64,000 nucleotides of DNA from the NCBI GenBank assembly GCA_028534125.1, contig CM052816.1, forward strand, positions 52,268,001 through 52,332,000, in the 5' to 3' direction. Made by a program: the position numbers and the translations under genes. The notes beneath the pieces were generated by a model, which made no database searches, was not told the origin of the DNA, and worked only from the letters and a program-made list of their open reading frames with translations. The stretch is from Lama glama (Eukaryota). The stretch's first letter is position 1, and each line of letters opens with the position of its first letter. Shown here one piece after another: positions 1-13,670 of this stretch.

Positions 1-720
1 TTTTTTTGGTTCTGTCTTCTAAAGCAAAGGAAATAAAAGCAAAAGTAAACAAATTGGATCAAATTAAACTTAAAAGCTTTTGCACAGAAAAGGAAACCAT
101 CGACAAAACAAAAAGACAACCTACTAAATGCGAAAAAAATCTGCAAATGACATGATCAATAAGGGGTTAATATCCAAACTATATAAACAGCACATACAAC
201 TCAATATCAAAAAATCAAACAACGTAATTAAAAAATGGGCAGAAGACCTGAATAGACATTTTTCCAAAAAAGACATACAGATGGCCAACAGCCACGTGAA
301 AAGATGCTCAACATCATTAATAATCAGAGAAATGCAAATTAAAACCACAACGAGCTATCACCTCACACCTGTCAGAATGACTATTACCAAAAAGAACACA
401 ACAAATGCTGGTAAGGATGTGGAGAAAAGAGAACCCCTGTAGACTGTTGGTAGGAATGTAAATTGGTGAAACCACTGTAAAAAACACTATGGAGGTTTCC
501 AAAAAACTAACAATAGAACTATGACATGACCCAGGAATTCCCCTCCTGGGCATTCATCCAAAGAAAACAAAAAACTAATTCGAAAAGATACATGCACACC
601 AATGTTCATAGCAGCACTACTGCAATAGCCAAGATATGTAAGCAACCTAAGTGTCCATCAACAGCATCAGCAGGTGAATGGATAAAGAAGATGTGGATGA
701 AGAAGATATATATATTATAT
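1..720 (+). mobile_element. LINE-1 fragment, ORF2 C-terminus into 3'UTR (continues beyond window start)
   Basis: Translation [20 protein letters not shown]...[23 protein letters not shown] is the L1 ORF2 C-terminal region. Confidence 0.93.
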
Positions 721-1219
721 ATATCGCTCTCTCTCATTAGATTAAAAATTGTGAGAATGTGACATGGAAAATATGAACTTAGAAATAACGAAAAGAAGAG
801 AAGAAAATTTCAAAATGATCTTATTAACAGCTTTAGATTAAATAAGATAATACATCTGTGAAACAAGGGGATGATGCTATAGAAAAAGAACATTCAGATA
901 CCAAAAAAGGGTTCTTGGAAATTAAAAAATATGATGACAGTTTTCACACACACACAAAATCAATGATCAGTGTGCCCTGGCTCTGCTCAACTGTCCTTAG
1001 AAGCATCCTCCACTCAACAGACTGCTTGATAAAACGCCTCCTATTACACTACTGAGCTGCCTGGGTTCTGCTGACAACTGTGTATGTGAAGTGCTTTTCT
1101 TGACAGTTTCAGTAAATCTCAGTTGTTAAAAACAAACTAATAAATACAAACTTTAAATATGATATTAGTAATGAAAAAAGCTCTTATGAAGTGGAATGAT
1201 AAATATGAGGAAATCCTGT

Positions 1220-1358
1220 GGGGGAGGGTATAGCTCGGTGGTAAAGCGTATGCTTAGCATACGTAAGGTGCTGGGTTCAATCCCCAGTACTTCTTCTAAA
1301 AATAAATAAGTAAGTAAACCTAATTATCTCTCCTCAAAAATTATAAAAATAATAAAAA
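1220..1358 (+). mobile_element. tRNA-derived SINE (camelid Vic-1-like)
   Basis: A box (TAGCTCGGTGG), B box (GGTTCAATCC), A-rich tail, TSD GAGGAA(A/G)TCCT at 1207-1217 and 1359-1369. Confidence 0.85.
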
Positions 1359-1597
1359 GAGGAAGTCCTACAAAAAGGAGGATAAAAAGACAAAGAGATG
1401 AATATAGGAGAGAAGTTACATATATATGATTAATCCAAGATTCACATGCTAAAAATCGAAGACCCAGACAAATAGAATAGAGAAAATGGAAGCAAATAAA
1501 TTATCAAGGGAAAAATAAAATTCCTAGACTTAATGGACAGGAATGTTCATAGTAAAAGGTCTTATCACTGAAAGCACAGCAAAAATCAATTTTAATT

Positions 1598-1805
1598 TAG
1601 GATTAATATATACATAGTACTATATATAAAATAGATAAACAAGGACCTACTACAAAGTACAGGGAACTATATTAAATATCTTGTAATAACATATAATGGA
1701 AAAGAATCTGAAAAATAATATATATATGTATTATTGAATAACTTTGCTGTACACCCAAAGCTAATACCACATTGCAAATCAATTATACTTCAATTTAAAA
1801 AAATT
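1598..1805 (+). mobile_element. LINE-1 extreme 3' end fragment
   Basis: AAGGACCTACT...AGGGAACTATATT...CTTTGCTGTACACC...AATTATACTTCAAT followed by an A-rich tail; similar to the 3' end of the L1 at 14330-14530. Confidence 0.8.
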
Positions 1806-4800
1806 TTTTGATAATAAATTCTTATCATCATAGAGCTTGGAACAAAATAAAAATCAAAGCAGTGTAGCAGTGAAGAAGGGTCTTGACCAGACTGAAATGC
1901 AAATCTCTGCTTTCATAATACACATTTCTCTTCAACAAAGCTAAAAAAATTTAAAGCATTTTAAAGCCTGATATTTTGAGGAATTCTATAGTGACCTCTC
2001 TCATAAATATGGAAACCAAGATTCCTTGACCTAAACAAGACTAGAAGACAGAGTAGGTAATTTGAGTAAGGTTACCAGGAAAACAGCCTTGATGGTAAAG
2101 GCCTGCTGACTGCGTATAATCCCAGAAAACTACATGTGACTAGTAAATTTCTCAAGATTACTTCTTAATATTCCAAAATTCTCTTGATAAGGACTAAATA
2201 TTTGGATTCAGTGTATTTGAATTCAGTGTCTTCTGCATTTTATGAATGCCATAATTGTGTAAAAGATATATCCATAATATAACAAGCTTAAAAATTTACA
2301 AAATTAAAATAACACATTTTGACTATGTTTCTGTTGATGATGTTTTTAAGTCATCAAATTGTTCTTAATATTGTTATATCAGTTTTGCAACACAAAAAAT
2401 TAAGTTCCTTTTCTTTTGCCTTTAAAGTAATTGGTCCCAAGTACAAAAGGCTAACTTTAATTCATTTTGGTTATTTCCATGACATGTTCTAGGATAGTTT
2501 TGTGAAGACCTAAGTGTTCCATTTTGCATTCAGAGAAGTAAAATGTTCAGGGATGTTTAAACTCTGTAAAGTTGAATAGAATAGCATTTGACTGGCAGGA
2601 TATAATTACAGATCACTAAGGATACAGTACAAAATGTACCCAGTCCCACCTCTTCATACTTAGCTAGGAACAGAATGCTTCAAGTTAAGATATGAGATTA
2701 ATAAAATATCAAAAGAAATAATAATTCTGGAAGAACCAAATTTTTCTAGTTTGAGCCATCAGAGCTGGAAGAATTATTACCAAAATGTAATAAAACAAGG
2801 ACTAGAACCTCTACTACTTGTGTATCATTTAATTGAAATCTGCCTTTTATTTTCTTTTTATTGTTTTCCAAGAATGTGTGCCCAAATACTCACCTAACCT
2901 TATAAAACCTCTATGAGCAAATACAATATTCTGTACATCTCTCTGTCTTAGTTCAAGTTCCCCTCCACAAGGTCTAGGAACAGGTAGTTTATTTGAGATG
3001 CAACCCTAGGAGGTAGAAATGAGAGAACAAAGCAAGAAAGGAGGAAACATATTTAAAGAGCACATTCTCAAGGTCACCGTTAGGTAATGGGGGCATGGCT
3101 GAAATTAGAGGTGGTCCGAGGGGATGGGACATGAGGCACTGAAAACATCTGCTATACTCCTACCTAGAATCTTACCCCACACTCAAAAGACTCTCAGTAA
3201 AAGCTTTCTGAGTCATTTAATCTGTTTCAGTGACCACTCCCAAAGCTTCCTGCTCCCATCAGTGAGATTGCCAAAGATCATAGGAGAAGTTGTACATTGC
3301 CTTTTACAACTACATTCCAGGACCTAATTTCATTTTGTCAGTTCCACGTGTCTTTGTAGCAAATAACAAAAATCGTCTAATGATGGCTTAAGCTAAGGGA
3401 GTATTCATCATAAGGCTATGGGGATATCTCAGGAATCCCAACATGTCTATTAGGCTGAGTCTGGGTTTGGAAATCTGAAGGCAGCTCTCTTCTCTGCCTG
3501 CTGGCTTTTCTCTGCAGTTTAAAATGAGCCATAATGCTAAGTGGAACTGTAGATCAGTCATTCCAGAGCCCACTGCCTATACTGAGGTGGCACCGCCAGT
3601 GATTCAAAGATCAGAGAGATGACCATGAGCCTTAAAGAGCTCAGAATTTTGCTAAGAAGTCAAGGCACATAAAGAATAATCTACATACAAACTAAGGACC
3701 AAATGACTGTTACCATGTAAGTATCACAGGAATTCATAAAATGGACTTGCCATTGTGATTGGGATGGTTGGCCAAGGCTCCATGGAGGAGGTGAGCTGGG
3801 TTTCTAAGGACATGTAAAATTTAGAAAAGCAGAGAGGAAAACTGGGGGCAGAAAGGACAAAATGAGCAAGCAAAGGACCAGAGGAAGGAATGTGTCCAAT
3901 TCATTTCCAAGAAATGACTTGACCGGTGGCAACAGTGACTCCATCCATACTGATTTACTAACTCCTTACTGAATGCTGGTCAAGATGGTAAACCAGAACC
4001 TATGAGGATGTTGGAAACATCTTCCTGTTCTTTTCAATCTTCAATTCAGGCATTGTCTTGCCTTGCATAAAATCTTGAAAACTGTTTGCACAGAATATAG
4101 CTTTGGTAATATCCCTGGAGATTTCTCTTACCTAATCACAAGCATAGTCAATCTTAATGGGGATCGAGGAACACTTAAACCTCAGCCACTAGAAAACCAC
4201 AAAAAAAGATGATTTTCTTTTCCAATAAGTCTTGACATGTTGGTATTTTTCCACAGAACTTAGAGACACAGACTGTATTACATCAGTATGAGACCTCATA
4301 ATCCATTTTAACATATCATGCTTAAAATGACTTCCTTTGAGTTGGAAGCAAAATTGAAAGCGATATTAATTCTTAATTTTCTAGTTCTTACCTCCTCATT
4401 CTTTGAGAAATAGAACATTCTCAACTTAAATCCATTAACTATCAAAGTGTCATATTACTTGATGATTAGTTATCATCACCTAAACATTACTTTAGTACAG
4501 AATATAACAGTTATTTTCATCACACTGCCATGTAATAATGCTCTCCAAATATTTTCAAAGTTAAAAAATTTTTTAAAAAAATATTGTATCTTAACCAGGT
4601 GATCACTTCTTAGTTTTCTTTCTTCCTTGTATATATTTGTTAAGTAGGAGCTACAACCTCAGCCTTGTAGGAATGGTTCTTGTTTGAGCTCTCCTTTTTC
4701 CTGGTATAACATATACTGGACTTTTCCCACTAAGGCTTGTCCTAGTTTTGTCTGGATTTGCTTGTCTTCTCTGCTCTAGGACACCTCATTTCCTACATAC

Positions 4801-5245
4801 TCGCCAGCTTGGTTTGGAGACAGGTTTTTTTTTTCCCACTGCATATCTTTTGCTTATCCAGTAATGTAACTTTTAACAAATAGTAAGAAGATCTATATTG
4901 GATATGAATCAAATGATAAACAAAAAGCAACTCTAAATGGCAATAGCATGCAGAAGAGATAAGTTATCCTGAAACACATCAGTGATTTTGACACATCCCA
5001 TCTGTCAATAATGTAACATTAAAGTGTGCTGCATGGTAGTGATGCCTGGGAAAGCAGTTTTATTTTAAATACTGATTTACAAGCCTAAATGAGACAAATT
5101 CCATCCTTCAAAGTGACTTATTAGTTTTTTTTTTTGGTGGTGGGAGCATATAACTAATATCTGCCCAACATGTAAAGCCAACACTTCAAACTGAAGGAAT
5201 AATTTTTCCTAGTAACCATCTTGTGTCACCAACTGGTGACAAGTC

Positions 5246-5480
5246 CAAGGATGCCCACTCTCACCACTTCTATTCAGCATAGCTTTGGAAGTCCTAGCCA
5301 CAGCAATCAGGCAAGAAAAAGGAAAAAAAGGGATCCAAATTAAGAGAAGAGGTAAAATTGTCACTATATGCAGATGACATTATACTATATATGGAAAACC
5401 CTAAAAGCTCCACACAAAAACTACTAGAGCTGATAAAAGAATTCGGCAAGATAGTAGGATACAAGATAAACATACAGAAA
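5246..5480 (+). mobile_element. Internal LINE-1 ORF2 reverse transcriptase fragment
   Basis: Encodes [10 protein letters not shown] and [15 protein letters not shown], the L1 RT core motifs. No 3'UTR or polyA. Flanked by a 21-bp direct repeat. Confidence 0.92.
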
Positions 5481-7844
5481 CCAACTGGTGACAAGTCCAA
5501 TTGCAAGGAAATTCTACTAGCATGTCAATATCCAGACCAAAAGAAGAGGGGACCAAACTTCCAGAAGTTGCAGCTGGAGTTGCAGATGGAGTTTTAGAAA
5601 GGTGACAAGTTCCTATAGGGTTGGGAAAAAAAGTGTTTAAACACTTAGCCTTCTTGTCCACACATACGAGGGAGAGGAGGAGGAATTCAGGTTCAGCCCT
5701 GGCTCTGAGCCTATCCCGCTCTTAGCCAAACCTGAATTTCAGCACCTACATCACTTTTCTGTGTGGCAATGCTCTGACCTCATGACCTGATTCTGTTACT
5801 GCCCTGACCTCATAACCAAACAGACACTTTTTGGTCTCATTTCTGCAAACTGGAGATCTGTTTTTCCCACACCCTCCTCTACCCTGCCTGTCTTTCCTCC
5901 AGGAGTGGTGTCTGATTATAATCCCCACTATGCAATTTGGGATAACTCAATTAGCCAGCCTGCACCTCAATTTTCTTATTTGTAAAATGAGAGGTTTGGA
6001 TGAGATGGTTTCAAAGATCCCTTTGAATTCTAAAATACCACTGCCTTTTTGTCAGGCTCTTGAAGACTGTGGCTTGTTCCTGATTAGACCTTTGTCTGTT
6101 AAAAGGGTGAATTAGTAATTAAGTGCACTGAACAAACATGGTACAATGCAACATCCTTTGTAAAATATATGCTTTCCTGTCCATTGAACCCTTAAAGTAA
6201 CTGTAGTTTTTAAATTAATTCTTCCTGGTCTAGAATTGGACCAGGTACAGAATAACACCATGTACCTTATTCTCACATACAGATTAAACAGTCATTGTTT
6301 TTGCAAATAACAAAACCTACACATGCTAATTTATATTTATTGGAAAGATACTGGTATCTTAAAGAATTTCAGGAAGACTGGAGAATCAGCTTTGGGAACA
6401 GAAACTCAGGGATGTGGGGCACAGTCAAGATCCCACCAGTGGTTCAGACAGTGTAGGATGCTGGGCCGGGCACCATCAGCCCTGGTCAATTGTCACCATC
6501 CAGGAAAGCCTCCATTCCATCTGGCCACTCTGAGTGATCTCAGACTGTCTCTAGTCTTGCTGTCACTCCCTGAAGATCTGAAGTCTCAGTCAAGAACCTC
6601 TGATTGGCTGAGCCTTAGTCAAATATCCACACAGAGGTCTAAGGAGTCCAAAGGGGGATTATCTGCTCCTCTTCAGGTTCTAAAGTGAGAAGCCAGATCC
6701 TGGCTTCCACTCCTCTTGGATTTGCCAAAATAGAAAGGATGTTTGGATGCTGGACAACCCAAAATAGCCAATGTTCACAACACAGTTTTTTCCCTTTTGA
6801 TTACAAACCTAATGCATTCTGGAGGCATATGTCAAAGGTTGATCATGATATGGAGAGGGGTACATCTGATCAATTATTCCAGTCTCACTTCATCTCCTCA
6901 TTGATTTACATGAATAAGGAGTTGGTCCAGTCAATGAAAACATTTCATCAGTATGCTGACTAATTTACTGGACTGCCTTTTCATATTTACATGGTTCCTC
7001 TGCATGACAAAATGAGTATTTGGAATGAATAATGAATCACCAGAAGAAAAGAAAAAACACATCTTCATTCTTAGCACAGGCTGTAATTAATTATTTTTTG
7101 TCATTGATTTTTAAAGTAAAGATAATACTACCTGGTATTTAGTTCTGGTCTAAAGTTCTTCACAGAGCTGATGTTAGTTTCCCTAAGACGTTGCATTGTC
7201 CTGGTTTTATAGGTCAGCTGGGATGTCTGTGGTATGTGGAATTTAGGTGACAGATGTCAGAAGAGACACTAGAGCTAAGTCTCCCAGCCTCTTTCTAGAA
7301 CAAATCCACTAAGCCTCAGAAACAGTCCTTCCTCCCTGAAAACCAGAAGGCCAGAAGACTCCCACCAGGTTGCTGCCATTAAATGGGAACCCCTCCCAAG
7401 GCCAATGTAATAGAAGAGAGTTTTGTCAAGTACAAGGACTGAGAGAATCTTCCAGAATAAGCAGTAGGCTCAGAGAACTTGTCTGAGGAACTGCAGGGGT
7501 ATCAGCACATAAGAAGCCTTTGGTTCTTTTTATGTTTTTAAGATATTCCAGGGGCTAACTAGAGAAAACCTCCCTAAAGAGAAATAAGCAGCCAGCAACC
7601 CAGAGTCCTTTATCCTGGAACACAAAGTACCTCCCTGCACTGGTCCACCCAAGGGCTCTGACTCCTAGCCCCACAGGAGAAGCAGATCTTGCCAATGGCT
7701 GAAGGAAATGTCTGTGCCGGTACAAAGAATGTATTTGCTGTGATACAGCTGTGGATGCCTGTGACAGAGACCCTCAAATGGCAATGGCTTAAATAAGCGA
7801 GAAGTTTTTTTTCTCTCCATGTACAGGTCCCTCTACTCTTCACT

Positions 7845-8140
7845 GATGTGATACTCGCTTGTCCTTCAGGTCTCACTGGAAATGTCACCTCCTCCAAGAA
7901 GCCTTCCTTGATGCCACCTAGGCAAGTTAAAGTATTCTTACTCTCGGTTCTCTGAGCACCTTCTAACTTCTCTATCAAAACAATGGGTTATGGATTATTT
8001 AATTTTTTTCTACATTAAAATGAGCACAACAAGGGTAGGGACTGTTTATCTTGCTCATCACCTTATTTATCTCCAGAGAACCACCTCCCACCAGCACATC
8101 ACAGGTACTTATTTGGTGTGCTGAATGTCCCTTTGTTGAA
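7845..8140. mobile_element. LINE-2 3' fragment
   Basis: AATGTCACCTCCTCCAAGAAGCCTTCCTTGA...GGGTAGGGACTGT...TTTGTTGAATG is typical of L2 3' ends. Confidence 0.6.
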
Positions 8141-8332
8141 TGTTCTCGAGGGTGGCAGGAATTGAGTACTTCTGTTTTATCATATGGAGGGCTGATGCTC
8201 AGAAGATTTCAATAGTAAACAGTATAAAAAACAAAACAAGGAAATAGTAATCACTTATGCCTCCACCACAATGGTAGATTTGGAAGAGAGCAAAAATGCA
8301 TATTTCCACTGGAAAATCCTTAGCTTATAAAG

Positions 8333-8618
8333 CAGGGTCTGGCAAACTTTATCTGTAAAGTGACAGTACATATTTTAGGATTTGCAGGCCATATGACCAC
8401 TGTTGCCACTACTCCACTCTGCTCTGAGGGTAGGAAAGAGGCAACAACCAAAATGTAAATGTAGGCTAGGCTCCAATAAAATTATACTTAAGAACACTGA
8501 AATGTGAATTTCATGTCATTTTCACATCTCATGAAATATTCATCTTTTGTTTGTTTTCAACCATTGAAAAATGTGAAAGCAGTGGACTTGGCTCATGGGC
8601 TGTGGTTTGCCAACCCGT
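8333..8618. mobile_element. hAT-Charlie MITE, MER58B-like
   Basis: Terminal inverted repeats CAGGGTCTGGCAAAC ... GTTTGCCAACCC with typical MER58 internal sequence. Confidence 0.8.
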
Positions 8619-10904
8619 CAGAAAATACAATTTTGTTCGTTTCTTTAGCCCCTCTACATGTTCGGTGCAATTCACACTGAATTGTGAGTCTCACTACCAT
8701 GTGCCCAGGGCTGGGCCAGAGGCTGCTGACAGGCAAAGACGGTTAAAACCTGCTCTCTGCATCCAAGACCATGCAAAATGGACTCAAATAACGGTAACTA
8801 AGGCTGGCAGTGGTAAGTGCCCTAGAGAAGCCACAAAATGCAGCTGCAGCCTCTGATCAGGAGGAATGTATTTCATGAAATGGTGGCATCTGAGAAATGG
8901 ACCATGTGCACCCAGGAACCAGCAGCTCTCAGTCTGACTGTTGCTTCAGATGAATCCCACAGGGAATCCTGGGCCGTAAGGCTGAAAGACTGTGTCAGGC
9001 TGTGTGAGGGACCCTCAGGGACCCTCAGGGTCCAACATAAAGCTTAGTTTGGTGGGCAACCAAGAACCAATGGGGATGATGAAACTGGTATTAACAAAGT
9101 ATCCATTTTTTAATGTTCTAAGTTTCAAACAGTTAAAAAATGGTTTCTGAAGCTATTTAGTCCCTTTTTCTGTAACTAATTTACCATCTATTTCACCAGA
9201 CAAACTCTCCTGGGAAAAATACATTGAGTTCAAGGATGCCTAGGAAGGGAAAATGTTATTAGTGTACTCCAGCAAAGAGGGTTAGTGTTTTCCCAGGGGC
9301 CAGAGGTTATGAAAGGAGCCATTGTATGGTAAAAAGAAAACATAAAGCAAGAATGAAATAATAATTTCAAATATTCATTAGGTTTTGGGAAAACTCGGAG
9401 CTATCAATCACACAACGCCTCACTTGTGCCATAGTAACTAAGAAACCCCATTTCATCCCCGAGGAGAAAAATCACTCAGTAGTATACTGCCCCTTTCCTT
9501 TTGGCTTTGAAATAGGAGTATGGTTGCAAATCATGAATAGGAAAATAGTAAATCAGCCTTTCATATCAACATAAAATATAGGAAACAGAAAAAGTCAACT
9601 CAAGTTACAAGGGTGGAAACTGAATTCTGTTTCAATTGTAGATAATGCCACCTTGCTCATGCAACCAAAAATTCAGGGCCAGTCTCCTGGAGTGCCCCCT
9701 ATTAAAAGATACCATCTTGGGACATAAAATGCTCAGGAAATGGAAGTGACATTAATCTGCATGCAGTGACCATCTCCTTCACAAGGACGCACAGTCTAAT
9801 GAGAGATGAGGGGTCCACCTGCTGTGCCCAGATAAGCGGTCCCAGGCAGAGACTCAGGCAGAGCGCTGCAGCTCTGCCTTCCATTCAGGAATTTGCCCAG
9901 CTGCTCCTTTCTGCCAGCTTTATCCATCGCCTTTCTCCTTTCCCTGGGCTTAGGATTAGTGAATAAGGGCGTCAAGTGCTGGTTTAGTGCCAATCAGTGA
10001 TCAATTGGCACAAAGTATAGTGATGCAGTATCAACATTTCTAATTAATAAAGTAATTTTTATTTTAATTTTTGCAATAAGTATTACATTTATATGGCTCA
10101 AATTTCAAGTTATTAATAAATATGGAGTAAAAACAAAACTCCCTCCCACCACTTTCCCCCAGGCTCTTGGTTACCCTCTCTACAGGTCACCTATGATTAT
10201 AATTGCCTAAATATCCTTCTAGAAATATTTTATTCATATTATAAGCTAACATATTTTTAAAGGATAACTGTATTGTAATTGCATTGAGGCAAAAGGCTGG
10301 AATGACTAAGTCACAAAGTGCCATGGCTCAAACAAAATAGGAATTTCTTTCTTTCTCATATAACAGCCCAGGGTAGCTGTTCCAGGTCAGTGAGTGGCTC
10401 TGTACCACACAGTCATTCAGGGATCCAGGCTTCCCGGCAGCTCTGCCATCTTCACAAGGTAGCTCCAGCCACTGCCCTTCTTGCCATTGGATGGGAAAAG
10501 CTCAAAGGCAAGAGGCCAGGGATTCTCCCCTACACACACTTCACTTCTGCTCACTCTCTACTGGCAAAAGCTTAGTCACATAGCCACACTAGCTGCAAGG
10601 GAAGCTAGGAAATACAGCTGTAGCCCAGCTGTAGCTCTGCCACGACTCTTGTGGTTGTGCCTTGTTACTTTCAGGAGTTTAGCCCCTGGTCCACTCTACA
10701 CAGATCACCTTACAATGCTTTTCCATGCTGTTGCCAAGTGAGAACAGCAGCCCTTCCCTTAATCCCCTGAACTACAGCTAATATTAGGTTGTAATGTTCA
10801 ATAACTGTTATTACAAAAGAGAATGACCACACAGAACAGCCATGCTGAATGGTAGGCCCTACCAACTGCTTATCCAGTGAATACTCTCCCCTTTATTAAT
10901 AGAT

Positions 10905-11070
10905 TTTTAAAATACTTTAATAGCACTATGCTCTGTGTGCTTTATAAAAATTAACTCATTTAATCTTCATAATAACCCTCTGAAATAGGGACAGTTATGG
11001 TCCAGTGTCCAGTTTACAGATGAGGAAAGTGGAACACAGAGAGGTTAAGTAATTATCCAGGTCACAGCTA
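10905..11070 (-). mobile_element. MIR SINE fragment
   Basis: MIR core TTTACAGATGAGGAAA...CACAGAGAGGTTAAGTAA. Similar cores near 22320, 33500, 49930, 50380 and 63900. Confidence 0.75.
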
Positions 11071-13670
11071 GAAACCTATGCTAGGCTGCCTTTTTTTTAC
11101 CAACAGAATCTTGATTTTATTGTAATTTCAGTGAACTCAGAAAAAAAAAAATTCTTGCTTTCCTTATGGTAGAGGTATAACCTAATTCAAGCTAATGAAT
11201 ATCAGGTGAAATCACTGGGTCAGGCAGCAAAGAAAACTATTGTTTTACTGAAAAACAAACAGGAGAGATAAAGATGACATACATTTTTTGCCCTTTGATC
11301 CTTACCCTTCTGATCTGGCATGTGGACATAATGCCTAGAAGTTAAGCAGCCATTTTGTGATCGTGAGGTGAAAACTGAAGATGGTTAAACAATAAAGGAA
11401 CCAACTGCACCAGCCTTGGACGTATTTTTTATTTGAAAAATATATATATTTATAGCCTGCTTTGTTTAAGACACTAGCATTGGGCCCAAAGCCACTTTCA
11501 CTGATATTTAAATCCAGATTATGGTTTGACTGCCCCAAAGTCCATAAGTCAATTATCCCTTTCTAGGGGTACCCCACTTATCCAGAGCCTCCGTCATCAG
11601 GCCTGTCCTGGGTTCTCTTCTCAGAGTTCAACCCTCATTCTGTCTGCATCCAGGCCTGATACCAACTCTATGTCCAATGGAGTCAACCATCTCCTCACGG
11701 ACTTGAACTTCTGAATTCCATAATAGGATTTTGGATCTACCCACTTAGGTACTGAGGAAGCAGTCCTGAAACTGGGTAACCCATTTCACCACTGCCCCTG
11801 CAATTGTATTTGCTAAGCCATGTACAAAGTCCAAGAAGAGCCAGATGTCTGCTAAATTTTGGGAAAATCCCAGACCTTTTGTAGTGTCACAGAAGCCAAT
11901 GTGCAGATGGACCTCTCAGTCCACAAGGGTTCAGTCTTCAATCCAAAAGAGCCATATTAAATACTTTTCTGCTTGGGATACAGAACAGGTTCAGAGGCTG
12001 AGCTCCTACCCCAGGGAAGAGATGGCCTCGCCTGGGGATTGCGGTCTAAGGAGCAAGGGCTGGACATAAAACATATTTAACTGGCACCTGCTAACCTCCA
12101 AAGGCTATTATAAAGCTTTTCTTTCATGGAAACTTTTCTTTCCTTCTATCAGGAATTACATGGTGTGTGGGATCTGCTGTGGACAGACAGCTGGAGTTTT
12201 GGGAATTCTGGGCATAGACAAGTCTAAGGCTCGTGGATTTTAAGCATAGACTCATAAAGGGAGGTGTTAGCCCTAACTTCTGATCTTTTTAGCACATCAG
12301 AAGCATTTTTTTTTTCCAGAACAGGAAAGCAATTTTCTCCCAAAGATGAATCAGAAAACTGCTGGCAGCTTGGAAACAGCAGCGCATCACCACTCTAAGC
12401 TGTTAAGGTTTAGAAAATGTTGAGGAAAGGCTCAGCCAGGGCCCTGCCATTATGCTAGGACAGGGCGGGGAAAGAGGGAGACTTGACAGGAGTTGAAAGG
12501 AACCAGGGGGAGCAAATTATAAATATAGGAAGTAAAACACACTCTGTTTTGCTCAGTGTGACAAGAAGCTTAGTGTTTAATGTTTTCCTACAGCCTTTTC
12601 TGTCCAAAAGAGAACCCTCCCCCAAAGATAATATTCACTGCATTTGAATCTTTTCTTAAGTGCATAAGGCCTTAAAAAATGTACTTGCATCTGAAGAGCT
12701 GAAATTAAATACTTTCCTGTATGGATGAGAAGACCAGGGGCCACAGGCAAGGGCTTAAGGCAAGAGGGAGAGAGCGCCACCCTGCCTTTGAAGAACAGGT
12801 ATCAGACTCCTCCAGCCCACCCTGAGCCAGCCACAGCCTCGCAGTGTCGCCCGTTGTCCCTTGTCTGCCGCCGCCGCTCTGGAACACACCACTCAAGGCT
12901 TTCCAAAACTGTCCCCGAAACTTAAGAATGGTTTGCTTTAAGTGGTTAATTTTATGTTATGTGAATTTTACCTCAAAATATTTTCTCTTTAAGAAAGCTA
13001 TTAGAAAAGAATATGTGAGAGATAGGCAGAAAAAGTAGTCAAGCAGGGTTACCAGTTTAAATGCTGGCTCCCGGACCCATTCCTAGCAAAGGTCACTCTT
13101 CTCCCAAACCTGGTTGGCCCCCTTGGTGTTGAAACCTCACTACACCACTGCTTCCCCTAGCAGCTGAATCACTATTCCAGGGTCTCCAGTGGGTATCTCT
13201 GTCATTTCTTGTTTGATCAAATGTACATAGTACTTTTCACTGACACACCTTGCTTTGTAAAATGAGGCTCTCAGAGCCCCCACTTTCCTTTCATTCACTT
13301 ACTTTCCCCTAACTCCCTGCTCTGTCATTTATATTTTTATTTTTATATCATTAAGGTTGATAAAAAGTTATTCTCTTCTGCAATTAAGTCTTCTGTGCTT
13401 CATCTTCAAAGTTAAAAATCAAGAAAGTGTTTATACCACTCTGTCCATATATTTTTACTGCACAATTTACAACTGCTTTTCAAGAGAATTTCCCAGAACT
13501 TAACAACATGAGTTCCCACATGTTAAGTACTTACTAAATGCCTAAAACATTATGTAAAAATAGACCCAGACCAAATAATAGTGACACTGAAACCTCTGTA
13601 GAGAAAGAGTAAATTCTGCATGTTTCCAAAGAGAGAGGGAAGAAAATGTCCCAACTAAAAGATCAAGAAT

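Noticed and set aside
1220..1295. tRNA-like sequence with A and B boxes (also at 16.0, 44.1 and 45.0 kb)
   Set aside because: Each has a non-tRNA body and A-rich tail, most have a TSD, and the copies are diverged. These are SINE heads, not tRNA genes.
5358..5597. ORF with the YADD reverse transcriptase motif as a possible novel RT gene
   Set aside because: Only about 235 bp of ordinary L1 ORF2 with a frameshift; the ORF then runs into unrelated flank. It cannot encode a functional RT.
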